DNA of 64,000 bases from an uncultured virus (IMG/VR IMGVR_UViG_3300009514_001431) (Duplodnaviria; Heunggongvirae; Uroviricota; Caudoviricetes): IMG/VR virus record IMGVR_UViG_3300009514_001431, one strand, 5' to 3'. Each line of letters starts with the position of its first letter. Position 1 is the stretch's first letter. Shown here one piece after another: positions 9,017-18,976 of this stretch. The notes beneath the pieces were generated by a model that made no database searches, had not been told where the DNA came from, and was given only the letters and a program-made list of their open reading frames with translations. A program made the translations under genes and the position numbers.

Positions 9017-9697
9017 CGGGTACTCCCGGTATGGCTGCTTGCCGCCGTGGGCGACGATGTTGAATTCCATGCGCGCATAGTCTCCGTGGATCCACCCAAG
9101 CCCTTGCTCGGCCTCGTAGATCCAGCGTTGGCCCGTTTCCGGGTCCGACCATCGCTGCCCGTGGACAGGAGTCTTGGGGCGTGGCAAAGGCTTGGCGACC
9201 TTGCACGAGTCGATGGACATGCCTTCGTACTCGCCTTCATGGCGCTCTCGGAGAAGCTGCCAGGCTTCGCTCCCATCCTTATGCTCCAGAGCGTATTCGA
9301 CTCCTTCGATCCATCGAACGGCGTCGGCCGCCTCGGCCTGGTAGGCCAGATAACGACGGCGCTGCTTCTCTGCCGCCTCGCGGACATCACCTTTGGGAAG
9401 CGCCTCAATCTGCTCGTCGGTCAACTCGGGAGGTTTCGGAGCGTACTGGCGCTCGGCCTCAGACCTTTCACGCGGGTCGTAGTACCAGTTGTCTCCGAGC
9501 CGCCGTGCCAGGATCTCCAAGGCGGCGGCGTGAAGGTGGGCTTCGGTCGGCACGCTGTAGTGCCAGTCGCCGTGCTTCTCGTGGAGCACAAGAATGCCAG
9601 GCGAGAACGGTGACATCACTTGGACCTCACGGCGCTCGACCTTGACCCCATCCTCGTTGAATACGATGGTGCGCTTCCGTTTCTTACGCTTTGCCAT
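8999..9697 (-). CDS. hypothetical protein
   Basis: 232-aa ORF with natural composition. Confidence 0.75.
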   Translation of the reverse strand: MAKRKKRKRTIVFNEDGVKVERREVQVMSPFSPGILVLHEKHGDWHYSVPTEAHLHAAALEILARRLGDNWYYDPRERSEAERQYAPKPPELTDEQIEALPKGDVREAAEKQRRRYLAYQAEAADAVRWIEGVEYALEHKDGSEAWQLLRERHEGEYEGMSIDSCKVAKPLPRPKTPVHGQRWSDPETGQRWIYEAEQGLGWIHGDYARMEFNIVAHGGKQPYREYPVSDDE

Positions 9698-9860
9698 CGG
9701 CGCCCTTTTTCGGTTTCACTCCGCACACGATGGCGCCCTGAACCGTGAGCATGATCTGCCACTGATCGTGATGCTCACGACGGTAGCCCAAGCTCTCCAA
9801 GTGGTTCCGAACCAACTCGGCAACGGTTCCGGTGTCAAAGAAGATCGCAGGGTGCTCCAT
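9684..9860 (-). CDS. small hypothetical protein (58 aa, not in the ORF track)
   Basis: manual translation MEHPAIFFDTGTVAELVRNHLESLGY...GADGKA*; fills the gap with a TGATG overlap. Confidence 0.55.
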   Translation of the reverse strand: MEHPAIFFDTGTVAELVRNHLESLGYRREHHDQWQIMLTVQGAIVCGVKPKKGADGKA

Positions 9861-10222
9861 CAGTCGTGCCTTCCCGCGAGGTCATAGTGACCCGCATCGA
9901 ATTTGGGGCCGACGCGCTTCACGAGCGCGGCCACAGCTTTGACGTATTCTTCGGGCGACCGTTGCGGCGACTCGGCGTACTCCACGGCGAGCGCACACGG
10001 CAAGAAAAGCGGCGACCAGTTGGCGGGCATCGTTCTGGTCAGATCCTCAAGCGCTCGCTCGGTTCGTCGCAGGTGAGCGTCCCCATCGGCCAAGGCGGAG
10101 AGCACATCCGCAACGTGGGCGCCACGCCAGTGCGGGTTGACAGCCGTGAAGCGGCGTAGGAACGTCTCACGCTCGCTCGGCTCCAACGTCTCGTCCACGA
10201 GAAGGTACACGTCCTGGTTCAT
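9860..10222 (-). CDS. hypothetical protein
   Basis: 120 aa, ATGA overlap. Confidence 0.7.
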   Translation of the reverse strand: MNQDVYLLVDETLEPSERETFLRRFTAVNPHWRGAHVADVLSALADGDAHLRRTERALEDLTRTMPANWSPLFLPCALAVEYAESPQRSPEEYVKAVAALVKRVGPKFDAGHYDLAGRHD

Positions 10223-10674
10223 CGCAACTCCTGATAGCCCTCCGACCAGCGCAGGCCGTAGTAATCGTCCAGGCGATCGGCATCGGCGTTAATCACCGTG
10301 GCGATGCCCTGCGCCTTCTCGTCGCTTGGCAGGTTCTCGCAGACGATCTCCAGGTCACGGTTGTCGTAGACCAACCACGCGCCCGTGGGCTCGCCGCCGC
10401 TCTGGTGTGGGAGAGACACGAATCGGATCTCTCCGTCACCATCGGGTCCGCGCTGCTCGTCCGACGCACTCTCCACGAGCCGGGTCCACTCGCCGTAGAG
10501 CCACACCAACTTGTCCTCGGGGATCCGTCGCGGATCTTCGCCAAGGTACTCGGAGAACGCCTGAGCGCTCGCGTAGTCGGACATCAGCGGCCCAAAGCAG
10601 GTTCCGGTGGTCCGCGACACGAACACGGCGCCCATTCGCCCTTCGATCTTGCCTTCTAGGATTGAAACGCCCAA
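10219..10674 (-). CDS. hypothetical protein
   Basis: TTG start with GGAGG RBS (10681-85) downstream of a promoter motif. Confidence 0.7.
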   Translation of the reverse strand: MGVSILEGKIEGRMGAVFVSRTTGTCFGPLMSDYASAQAFSEYLGEDPRRIPEDKLVWLYGEWTRLVESASDEQRGPDGDGEIRFVSLPHQSGGEPTGAWLVYDNRDLEIVCENLPSDEKAQGIATVINADADRLDDYYGLRWSEGYQELR

Positions 10675-10693
10675 TTCTGGCCTCCGTAGCTAC

Positions 10694-10720
10694 TTACGCC
10701 AGCCAGATCTGAAACGAAAC
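10694..10720 (-). promoter_or_regulatory. putative promoter GTTTC-N15-GGCGTAA
   Basis: + strand ttacgcc(10694-700) N15 gaaac(10716-20). Confidence 0.65.
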
Positions 10721-10743
10721 CGAAGCCGGGTATAGTGGAGCCG

Positions 10744-11430
10744 ATGGCAGTTACCCGTAGAGGCTTTGTGAAGCTCCTGGGAACCCTCGGAGCAGCTTTG
10801 GGCACCGGCATGGTGCCTCTGAGCGCCAAGGCTCAGGACACGATTCTGGCGTCTCTCAGGCCCCACCTGAGCGACCTGGCTTTCCGCCAGCGCATACCAC
10901 GCGAGAATTCGATCATCGCCTATGCGACCTCGGACGCGCTGTGGGAAACCCACAATCCGGTTGACGTGGCTGGCATCCGGCCAGGTACACCTGCCCAACT
11001 GTTGCCTCCCCACTCCAATGCTGAACCCGATGCCGAGTACGAGAGCAGTGGTCAGGTTCCGATGGCCGACAAGCTCGCCGAGATTTTCCCGGTGAAGGCC
11101 CTGCGCCCGAGCGGGAGCACGTCACTCGTGATCGTCGGACCTGGCCTGGCTAAGCTCGTGGCCGAAGCGAAGCGCGAGCACTGGATTCAAGACGAGGCGA
11201 TCCAAATCGTGATCGAGGACTCGCAGCCAGACCGTGACGTGTTCGTGGTTGCCGGGCTCGACAAGCCCATCGAGCGCATCGAGGATCTGGATCCTCAGTG
11301 CCTTGCACGGATCACGTTGGGCTACTCGGGTTACTCCCTCGATCACCACACCGAACCGAAAGAGCTACAGGACGCTCGTGCCGCTCGCCATGTCGGTGGT
11401 GTCCGCTTGAGCAGCCTGGAGGCCGAATGA
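10744..11430 (+). CDS. protein with twin-arginine (Tat) signal peptide
   Basis: MAVTRRGFVKLLGTLGAALGTGMVPLSAKA: T-R-R-x-F-V-K, h-region and AxA; GGAG RBS. Confidence 0.7.
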   Translation: MAVTRRGFVKLLGTLGAALGTGMVPLSAKAQDTILASLRPHLSDLAFRQRIPRENSIIAYATSDALWETHNPVDVAGIRPGTPAQLLPPHSNAEPDAEYESSGQVPMADKLAEIFPVKALRPSGSTSLVIVGPGLAKLVAEAKREHWIQDEAIQIVIEDSQPDRDVFVVAGLDKPIERIEDLDPQCLARITLGYSGYSLDHHTEPKELQDARAARHVGGVRLSSLEAE

Positions 11431-11639
11431 TCCTGTTCCCGCTACTCGCCACGTTGATCACCGTGTTCGCTGTCTTGGCGAACGCGGTGATGCACTCGAC
11501 CGACGACCCGAAGATCGTCAAGGCATGGAAAAGTGCCCGCAACGTCTTGATCGGAGCCGCCTTGATCCTGATCGTCGGCACGCTTTTGGGGAGCTACCTA
11601 TTCCCCACCTTCATCCACGATCCGCTCAGAGGCTACTGA
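11427..11639 (+). CDS. small two-TM membrane protein
   Basis: MILFPLLATL.., two hydrophobic segments, ATGA overlap with the Tat gene. Confidence 0.7.
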   Translation: MILFPLLATLITVFAVLANAVMHSTDDPKIVKAWKSARNVLIGAALILIVGTLLGSYLFPTFIHDPLRGY

Positions 11640-12748
11640 TCGTCCTCGCCGTCCTCGTTTTTGTAGGGGTCAGGCTCGATCCGAAACGGCTCACGCCAGG
11701 CCGTCAAATCCAAAGCGAGGGCTTCATCGACCTGCGCCTTCACGTCGTCGGGGAGGGTGTTCTCGATCTCGATGTACTGGCCGTCGTGGACTCGGAAATC
11801 CCGAGCAGCCTCCGAGCTATTCGGGTCTACCATGCGGAAGATCGCACCGAACCAGCTAAAGGCGTAGGTGCCGTCGTCGCACCGCCACCATCCGAGGTCG
11901 CCGATGGCATCCCGGTTGAGCGTGACGCTGTGCATTAGCTCGATGGCTTCTTTGGACACGCCGAGCATCTGCTTGGAGTCTCCGACCACGCAGCCCATCT
12001 TGCCACCCCCCGTGGGCCACCATGCGTCGTTGATCCCTTGGTCGTAGTCGATCGGGCAAATGACGATCTGCCCCTCGTAGGCGACGACCCGTACCTTGAG
12101 GTCGCGCTCAGGCTGCTCGTCGGGAACCCCGGCCGTCTGCAACACTCGCTGCCGCCACTCGTCTTCTCGGATCTGAGCTTTCAAGGTGGCCTCGGCCTGC
12201 CGGATGTTCCGAAGCGTGTCCCATCGCCTGTCAATGTTCTCTTGCGTACAGGGTGATGCCTCGATCTCGGCCAGGCGGGCGCGCTGCTTGGCGAGGCGCT
12301 TCTCGGCGTTTGCCCGGAGCTTTCCAGGGTCAACTGGTTCGGGGGTGGCGGCCATCGCTTCTCGGATCGATTCGTCGGTCTTTTCCTTTTCCTCGATCTC
12401 GTCTTTCAACCCGTCCAGCTTCGCCAAGATAGCCTCGGCCTTGAACATGGCGATGTCGATGTCGCGGGTGCCCCCCTCCATGGACAGACAACTGTGCCAC
12501 TGGCTGATCTCCATCGCAGCAAGCTGACGTAGGCGGCCTTCGATGTAATTCCACCCGCCGTACTCTTGGACGGCCTTGCCGTTCTCGATCCCGTGCTCGG
12601 CAATCTCGTGGAGGGTCTTGAGACGCCCCTCCCATGCCTCGATGATTCGCAGACCCATCGCGGCCTCCGCATCGTCCTTGAACGTCAGGACAGGGCCTTG
12701 CCGTTCGACGGATAGGGTGATCTCGTTGCTCACGGGCACGTCGGGCAT
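11633..12748 (-). CDS. hypothetical protein (coiled-coil N-terminal half)
   Basis: 371-aa ORF; only the -10 half of the promoter motif (ttacgcc 12757-63) lies upstream. Confidence 0.8.
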   Translation of the reverse strand: MPDVPVSNEITLSVERQGPVLTFKDDAEAAMGLRIIEAWEGRLKTLHEIAEHGIENGKAVQEYGGWNYIEGRLRQLAAMEISQWHSCLSMEGGTRDIDIAMFKAEAILAKLDGLKDEIEEKEKTDESIREAMAATPEPVDPGKLRANAEKRLAKQRARLAEIEASPCTQENIDRRWDTLRNIRQAEATLKAQIREDEWRQRVLQTAGVPDEQPERDLKVRVVAYEGQIVICPIDYDQGINDAWWPTGGGKMGCVVGDSKQMLGVSKEAIELMHSVTLNRDAIGDLGWWRCDDGTYAFSWFGAIFRMVDPNSSEAARDFRVHDGQYIEIENTLPDDVKAQVDEALALDLTAWREPFRIEPDPYKNEDGEDDQ

Positions 12749-12777
12749 GTTCCGTATTACGCCAATACTCCGGTAGA

Positions 12778-13104
12778 GTGAGCATGAAGATGGACAGCCC
12801 CGTAACCCTCAAGCACGCCTTGGTCATCGTCCTCGTCGGCGCGGTCTTGGCCGCGCTCCCTGTTGGATATGGCTGGACGACCCTCGTGGCCCGCGCGGAC
12901 GCCGCCGAGTACAAGCTGAATTCGATTGAAACTGCGATGGAACGGATCAGTGAGTGTCGCGTCACTCAATCCGAGGCGGAAGCCAACAGGACCAAGATCG
13001 CCAACCTGGAGTCTTCCATCGAGGCTTGGGAAGGGATCGCCGACGCTTGTCGCGCCGCACTCGCTCCTGAGCCTGAGCCTGAGCCCGGCGCGGACAAACG
13101 GTAG
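12778..13104 (+). CDS. membrane-anchored coiled-coil protein
   Basis: N-terminal TM, heptad region with two Cys, PEPEPEP tail. Confidence 0.65.
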   Translation: MSMKMDSPVTLKHALVIVLVGAVLAALPVGYGWTTLVARADAAEYKLNSIETAMERISECRVTQSEAEANRTKIANLESSIEAWEGIADACRAALAPEPEPEPGADKR

Positions 13105-13224
13105 CTCGACTATCGCTCGCCTTTTTACGTGAAGCGACGTGTGTTGCAGGCTCTCGCGTTTGGAGCGATAGCCGTTGTTGGGATCGGGTTCACGATCTGG
13201 CTGTTCTGGCCGAACCGTGAACAC

Positions 13225-14907
13225 CTACGTCGGTGAGACGAGGTATCGAGCCGCGACCTGAGCCGCCAGCTTATCATTGAGCCGGTTCGGGAACGCGGGC
13301 TTGTCCAACTCCTCGTCTGATGCCTTGAACCAGATATTGATCCACGTTCGCAGCTTCTTGACCGCCATTTGCAGCTTGGGGTCGGTGTAGGCGTTCCCGA
13401 CGTGCTCCGGGTAGTCCTCGACAGCCCTCAACAACGCGGCACCCATTTGCCTGACAACAGCATAGCTGGCTACGGCGACGTTGATCGTGGACTGCGGGAT
13501 GTCCTTTTGTTGTAGGAGCTTCATCCCCTCGCGCTTCGCCATCTCCATCGCACGCGGGGCGTTCTCACGGATGCTGGCGACGGATTTGTCCGCGTACTCC
13601 CGCATCCTGTCCATGTACTCAGGCTTGTAGTCGCTGAAATCGGTCAGACGTTCGGCGTACAGGGGGCGAGAGTATTCCTTGATCGCGTGCTCGATGATCC
13701 CAATTTCCTCTTTGACATGCCCGCGCTCTTGGTCACGGAGAGCTTTCCAGGTCCCAATACCAGACACGTCACGACCGAGGGATCCGAGGATGCAGTGAGC
13801 GGCCTCGGCGATGCGCGCGGCTCCGACCTCAAACTCAGTGATCCGACCGAAGCCGCCATCGGACGGAAGGCCGCCGTAGAGTTGCGTGCGGATCGGGCAC
13901 GAGTGCGCTTGTTTTAGTGTTCGACCCATTTTGAGCCTTGGGTCCGTTCGGAAATATCGCTTGTAGTGGAAGGTCGAGTAGTCACCGGGGTCGAGGTCGG
14001 GGTGGTCGTTGAGCACGTTCTCTGACACTGGCTTATCGGTAAGCAGGGCCGCTTCGACATATCGACGGTGAAGCTCCTTGACCTCGGAGCCCGCGTACTC
14101 CCCTATGTCGCTCCGCATACCGGGCCGGATTCTTCCGCTGATCAGTCCTGTGGGGTCGGGCCACATACGATGGGTAGAGAGCACATCGTCAGCATCCACG
14201 TCACGGTAGAGCACCGTCACGGACCCGCCGCCGGACTCTCGCCGTACCTCGTCGGTCGGCGCTTGAAAATGGATCAGTGGCTTGTCCCCGCCCCGAGTAT
14301 GTTCTGGGTCGCGGTGCGCGAACACAGCCCCGCCACTCGCCTTGAGCCCTTGACGAGCAATCTGTTCGACATTGCCTTTCGTGTAGTGGAACAGGCTCGT
14401 GTATCCCGGCTTGGGTTCCGGGTAGGGACGCATGAATTCGCGGAGACTAAGCTCCCACGGCATCCGTTTCCACAAATGAACCGTGCGGGCCGAGCCCATT
14501 GGAAACCACCGATGTTGAACCGGGGCCTTCCGCTTGTCCCAATCCAAGATGCCCGTGTACGTCCGCCCACCGATCCGGCGAGCACGTCCAACGATCGTGT
14601 TGGAGTGAACGGGCTCGACTCCAGGGGCCGTCGAGATTGTGATGTGGGGGTCACGGTTCTTTAGCTGGTCCCAGGGAGCGGGAAGCTCAACGGTGATCGC
14701 CTGTGCCTTGCCATCCTCGACGTAGCCGCTGGACCGCACCTTGACCAAGGTGCCTACCGGGAAGCTCTCCAGGTCGGCCTCACTCGGGTCGTAGCGCAGG
14801 GTGATGTGGTCCGCGTGTACGTTCTCGTGAATAGGCGGGTGCTCTTTGAGCAGCGCGCGGCGACTCGCGGGTGTCAAGAAGATGCCGATGTATTTAGGTA
14901 GGCCCAC
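13225..14907 (-). CDS. multidomain protein: 2H phosphoesterase + ART-like domain + helical domain; C-terminal VAARYL tag
   Basis: HITL and HITI 2H motifs; LFHYT..I.RQGL..VF; H..YVEAAL..KPV...VL.DHPDL; ends AAQVAARYLVSPT. Confidence 0.7.
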   Translation of the reverse strand: MGLPKYIGIFLTPASRRALLKEHPPIHENVHADHITLRYDPSEADLESFPVGTLVKVRSSGYVEDGKAQAITVELPAPWDQLKNRDPHITISTAPGVEPVHSNTIVGRARRIGGRTYTGILDWDKRKAPVQHRWFPMGSARTVHLWKRMPWELSLREFMRPYPEPKPGYTSLFHYTKGNVEQIARQGLKASGGAVFAHRDPEHTRGGDKPLIHFQAPTDEVRRESGGGSVTVLYRDVDADDVLSTHRMWPDPTGLISGRIRPGMRSDIGEYAGSEVKELHRRYVEAALLTDKPVSENVLNDHPDLDPGDYSTFHYKRYFRTDPRLKMGRTLKQAHSCPIRTQLYGGLPSDGGFGRITEFEVGAARIAEAAHCILGSLGRDVSGIGTWKALRDQERGHVKEEIGIIEHAIKEYSRPLYAERLTDFSDYKPEYMDRMREYADKSVASIRENAPRAMEMAKREGMKLLQQKDIPQSTINVAVASYAVVRQMGAALLRAVEDYPEHVGNAYTDPKLQMAVKKLRTWINIWFKASDEELDKPAFPNRLNDKLAAQVAARYLVSPT

Positions 14908-16986
14908 CTAGAACACCTGCTTGCCCTTCCGTCCAAGGTCGGCGTAATTGAGCACCTTCCCTGACCGATCAATGATCCAGCCCTCGTCGGGTTTCAGGTT
15001 GGGGGCCTTGAGGGCAACGGTCGCACTGTGCCCCCCACCGGGCCGCTGCGAAATGATCGCAGCTTCGGGGCCAAACCACTCGGGCCACTCCTTGACCAAG
15101 CGCTCCTGCAAGGCGGGCCACACGTCACGCTTGTGGCCTGAGATGCCCTTGAGGTTGGCAAGGTCGTGCAGGAACGGGTCGAGTAGAAATTGAAGGATAC
15201 GCTCGGCCGGAACCCACGGGTGCGGGGCGTACTGGTGAAGCATCTTCTCCATCGCCTTACGAACCACCCTCGTCAACCGATCGGCGTGACGCCGTACCTC
15301 GGCCTCGTCCATGTCATCGACCATCTCCGCAAAGGTTGAGGGCTTCCCATCCGCAATGGTGTCGTGAAAAGTGTTTAGGGTGCGGTCCAGCGTCTTGCCG
15401 AAGCGTAGAGCCATTTCGGTGTCGATTAGGATCTTGACGTGCTCGCGGCTGCCGTAGGGGACGTTGAGAAACAACGGGTACTGATCCGTTTCTCCCTTTG
15501 CCAACGCCCACAAGGCTCCGAGGTCTTGAGACAGGTTCCCCTTGTACCAGGCCGCACCCGAGTCGATTATGAAGCCACGAACCGAGGCCAACCAATCCTC
15601 GTCAGCCACGAACCGAGGATCGTTGGGCCGCATGTGGAACACAAGCACCAGACGCTCACCCCCAAACTGACGGGATGCTCGACCGGCATAGCTCGTCGCA
15701 ACTCCCGGATCAGGGGTCAGATAGATGTGCCCCGGCATCGGTCGATCCACATCGTCCTCAAACAAGCGACGTGCCGGGTCGCCTCGCAGTCCGCCTCGTT
15801 TGATCGCGTCCAGGTTTTCACTCGACGTGCCATGGTACAGGCGGCGCATGTGCCTGGCGTTCCGGTAGCGGGACGCGACCTTGGAGGCGGCCACCTGCTG
15901 CTCCTCCCTCTCGTCCAGCAAGACGTTGCCGTGTTTGTCTACGACGTAGAAATTCTTGCCGATACGATCCCGAAAGTTATTGACGAACAGATCGAGGGCC
16001 TGTGGGCTACGGTTGTAGTGAACAGTGATTTCGGTGGGGTTTTGCCAAGAGCCCTTGTCGTCAATCACCGCCGCAAACACGATCTTGTTCTTGCCCGTGA
16101 AGCCGATAGGGTCCATCGCCCGGACGTTGTGTCGATACGCGCCGATGTCGTCTGTCATCTCGGGCAACGCCCGAGACAGTGCTTCGACCTCTTTGCGGAG
16201 CCGGTGCCAAGTACCCTTCATCGAGCGGGGACGGTTTCGGATTGCAGCCCTCCATTGTTTGTGCTGCCACCCCTTCCGTTTGAGGTCTTGCTCAGAAGGG
16301 GCTGACCGCCACGCATCCGCACGCGCGTAGTCCTTGAGCTTTTCCGGCAGCCGTTTCATGGTCTGCCACAAATCGGTTTCTACGAGATGCAAGAAATAGG
16401 CTCGGGCGACTTGGGCCGCAAGCCCAACAAGTTGGTCCCTCTGGAGAAGGACACGGCGTTCACTCCGGGGAAATTCCTCAACGATTCGATTCACGATCTG
16501 TTTACCAGCATCGACAAACAAGCGTGACGAGTGGATTGCTTCGACGGCCTCTTGCAGCCGCATGGGATCGACCACGGTGCCCGCCCCACCCCACGTTTCC
16601 CGCTGGTCATACAACAGGAACGAGAACGGAGGTCTAAGGTCGTGAGCCGACCCCCCTACAGCACTCGACACGTAGCCGAGCAAGTCATCCTCGTCCGCGA
16701 GGGTGTTCGGGGTACGGGTTTCGTAGTTGACTGCAACGATTGCTCTTGGGGCTTTGGGGTTGACCCTGCCCGCCGCCGAGTACGCTGTCATCCATTCGTC
16801 AGTGAGGTACACTCCGCCATAGGTAGCGATCGATCGAGAAGCTGAGTCTGTCCGCAGATGCTTCCGATACATCTTCTCAGGATGCGTCGGGACCAGGCCC
16901 TTGCTCAAAATTCCACGCAGGTTTTTAGCACTCGTTCCGTGCCAAAACACCTTGCGGACAGCAAGCCTATGGAGTGGTGAGGTCAT
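14908..16986 (-). CDS. tandem ADP-ribosyltransferase-like (HGT/YLT) domain protein
   Basis: FWHGTS..NL..I...GL..GVYLT..ADED and LYHGTS.ENL..I..GGL..IYLT..ADED, joined by SKVASRY. Confidence 0.75.
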   Translation of the reverse strand: MTSPLHRLAVRKVFWHGTSAKNLRGILSKGLVPTHPEKMYRKHLRTDSASRSIATYGGVYLTDEWMTAYSAAGRVNPKAPRAIVAVNYETRTPNTLADEDDLLGYVSSAVGGSAHDLRPPFSFLLYDQRETWGGAGTVVDPMRLQEAVEAIHSSRLFVDAGKQIVNRIVEEFPRSERRVLLQRDQLVGLAAQVARAYFLHLVETDLWQTMKRLPEKLKDYARADAWRSAPSEQDLKRKGWQHKQWRAAIRNRPRSMKGTWHRLRKEVEALSRALPEMTDDIGAYRHNVRAMDPIGFTGKNKIVFAAVIDDKGSWQNPTEITVHYNRSPQALDLFVNNFRDRIGKNFYVVDKHGNVLLDEREEQQVAASKVASRYRNARHMRRLYHGTSSENLDAIKRGGLRGDPARRLFEDDVDRPMPGHIYLTPDPGVATSYAGRASRQFGGERLVLVFHMRPNDPRFVADEDWLASVRGFIIDSGAAWYKGNLSQDLGALWALAKGETDQYPLFLNVPYGSREHVKILIDTEMALRFGKTLDRTLNTFHDTIADGKPSTFAEMVDDMDEAEVRRHADRLTRVVRKAMEKMLHQYAPHPWVPAERILQFLLDPFLHDLANLKGISGHKRDVWPALQERLVKEWPEWFGPEAAIISQRPGGGHSATVALKAPNLKPDEGWIIDRSGKVLNYADLGRKGKQVF

Positions 16987-18527
16987 ACCCCTGCGAATTC
17001 TTGGATCATGCGCCGCTCAGAAGCGGTGCCTTGCATCCGGGTTCCGTCCGGCATTTTGACGTAGTGGAAGGTCGTCGGAAATTGAGCGAACCATGTGCCC
17101 TGGCTGGAAACCTTGTAGACGGTCTTGTTGCGCACGACGAACGCAGACCCGTCCTTGAACGTCACGTCAAGCTCACCCTCAAACGAGCTTTTGGACCACG
17201 AGCGCAGGGTGATCTCGTCCAGGTTCCCCTTGCCGGTGACGATGGCGCTGAGCTTCGCCGTGTTCTTTTGGATGAAGGCTTCGCGGATCGCTGCTGCCGT
17301 GTCCTTGCCCGCCTTCTCGGTCTGCGAACGCACGTTCCCCGGTGCCTTGTAAAGCACGACACGCGTCCCGTAGCCAAGGTCCAGCTTCTCGATGCGCTTC
17401 TTGTCAATTTCCAAGAAACGCGTGGCCTTCTCCGCCAGCGCTTTCCAGGTATCTCCCTTGCGACGGGCCTGCTCGATTTCGGGGGGAACGTCTTTGCTTC
17501 GATTCCAGGAATAACGAGGGGAACCGGACGGCGGGAACTTGGTCAAGTGCGAGGGCGTGGGTTTGCCCGCAGCTTTCCAATCCTTGAGCCACTGGTCGTA
17601 GATCGTTTTCTGGTAGGCCAGGAATTGATCCACGTCGGACTGGTAGACAGCCGCGAAATGTTCTTCGACGGCTTTCAACTGCTTGGCCGTGAAATCCAGC
17701 AAAGCCTTTTTCACCTTCTGATCGAACGTCCGCCGGATCCTTTCCTCGGGCGTCTCGATCTGTTCCTCAGAAGGGAGGTCGGCACCTTCCGCCTCTAGGT
17801 ACGCGGTGGCCTCTTGTTGGAGCCCACGCATGTAGAGGCTGTTCCAGAACTTGCCCGCTTTAATCGCCTTCACGTCCAACGCCTTGATCCCCTTGTTCGG
17901 CTGCACCAACGTGATCGGCTTCTTTTTCGTGCCTTTGAGCTTCGGGTTTGCCACTGACCACACGCGAAGGTTCAACCACACCCGAACGCTCAGTACCCAC
18001 AGACCTGTTTCTCGCTCAAAGACCTGCCGGGTCGCCCGGTCGCGCACCCGCTCACGTTGCGGCTTGATCTCTGCGGCAACAGTGCAGCCAAGCTCCCCCG
18101 CCTTGTCGCTATTCAAATTCCCCAAAGCGCGTTGGATCTTCTTGAGGATGTCCTTGTCCAGCGCTGCCACCGTGTACCGTGAGATCCCAACCGATCCACG
18201 GTAAGGGCCTCGCGCACCCGTCGTCGTAGTCACAATGACCGTATCCGGCCCCAGATCTTCGCCACGGTCCAGAACCTTAGTGCCGGCGCGCTCGACTTGC
18301 TTATGCAACCACTTCGTACACTCCCAAACACCTTTGTCCTCAAGCACCGTGCCTTGGACCGTCTCGGTCACATCCCAACCCAGGGCTTCGCACGCGGACG
18401 CCATGCCCTCGGCGTCGATCAGAGGTTTGGCTCCGGCAGCGGCCTCCCGCATGAAGCGAGCCCCGACTCCCGTGATGGAAGCCGCAAGGCGGTAGTAACT
18501 GGCGACTCGTTTGGCGGAAACATTCAT
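16983..18527 (-). CDS. hypothetical protein with N-terminal KRVASYY tag
   Basis: 514 aa, starts MNVSAKRVASYYRLAAS. Confidence 0.8.
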   Translation of the reverse strand: MNVSAKRVASYYRLAASITGVGARFMREAAAGAKPLIDAEGMASACEALGWDVTETVQGTVLEDKGVWECTKWLHKQVERAGTKVLDRGEDLGPDTVIVTTTTGARGPYRGSVGISRYTVAALDKDILKKIQRALGNLNSDKAGELGCTVAAEIKPQRERVRDRATRQVFERETGLWVLSVRVWLNLRVWSVANPKLKGTKKKPITLVQPNKGIKALDVKAIKAGKFWNSLYMRGLQQEATAYLEAEGADLPSEEQIETPEERIRRTFDQKVKKALLDFTAKQLKAVEEHFAAVYQSDVDQFLAYQKTIYDQWLKDWKAAGKPTPSHLTKFPPSGSPRYSWNRSKDVPPEIEQARRKGDTWKALAEKATRFLEIDKKRIEKLDLGYGTRVVLYKAPGNVRSQTEKAGKDTAAAIREAFIQKNTAKLSAIVTGKGNLDEITLRSWSKSSFEGELDVTFKDGSAFVVRNKTVYKVSSQGTWFAQFPTTFHYVKMPDGTRMQGTASERRMIQEFAGV

Positions 18528-18529
18528 GG

Positions 18530-18976
18530 TCAGTCCCCCGGCATCTTAGTGAGCTTGCGTCCGTGCCGGTCAAGCTCACCTCTCATGTGCTCACGCTCGG
18601 TTTCGGCAACCGTGAGTCGTGTCTCGTGTTTGGCCTGCCCTTCTTTGAGGGAGTCAAGCCGCGCGAAGGTCTTGGTCTGAAAGTTCTCCAGCTTCTCGCC
18701 CTGCGCCCTTTCACTCTCGTAGATTTTCGATTTGAGGATGTCTGTCTGGTCAGTGACCATTCCGGCAATTCGATCCAGCTTGTTCGCAAGCTCCTTGCCG
18801 TCCTCACGCTGCTCCAACCGATCTTCCTTCTGCTTGTTCTTGGCCGATTTCACATCGTCCGCATTTCGACCTGCCCTGAATTTCAGCACGGCCAACGTCC
18901 CGCCGATGCCCATGACGAGGGTGATCAACGAGAGCAACACCTTGAGATCGAGGGTGACGGATTCAGCGAGCAGCAT
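18530..18976 (-). CDS. single-TM coiled-coil protein (holin/XhlA-like architecture)
   Basis: from MLLAESVTL; TM then long heptad region ending HETRLTVAE. Confidence 0.6.
   Translation of the reverse strand: MLLAESVTLDLKVLLSLITLVMGIGGTLAVLKFRAGRNADDVKSAKNKQKEDRLEQREDGKELANKLDRIAGMVTDQTDILKSKIYESERAQGEKLENFQTKTFARLDSLKEGQAKHETRLTVAETEREHMRGELDRHGRKLTKMPGD

Noticed and set aside
14908..16986. Calling the HGT domains bona fide Tpt1/KptA
   Set aside because: No N-terminal RNA-binding lobe (LRH motif) or R..VHL strand; kept as generic ART-like
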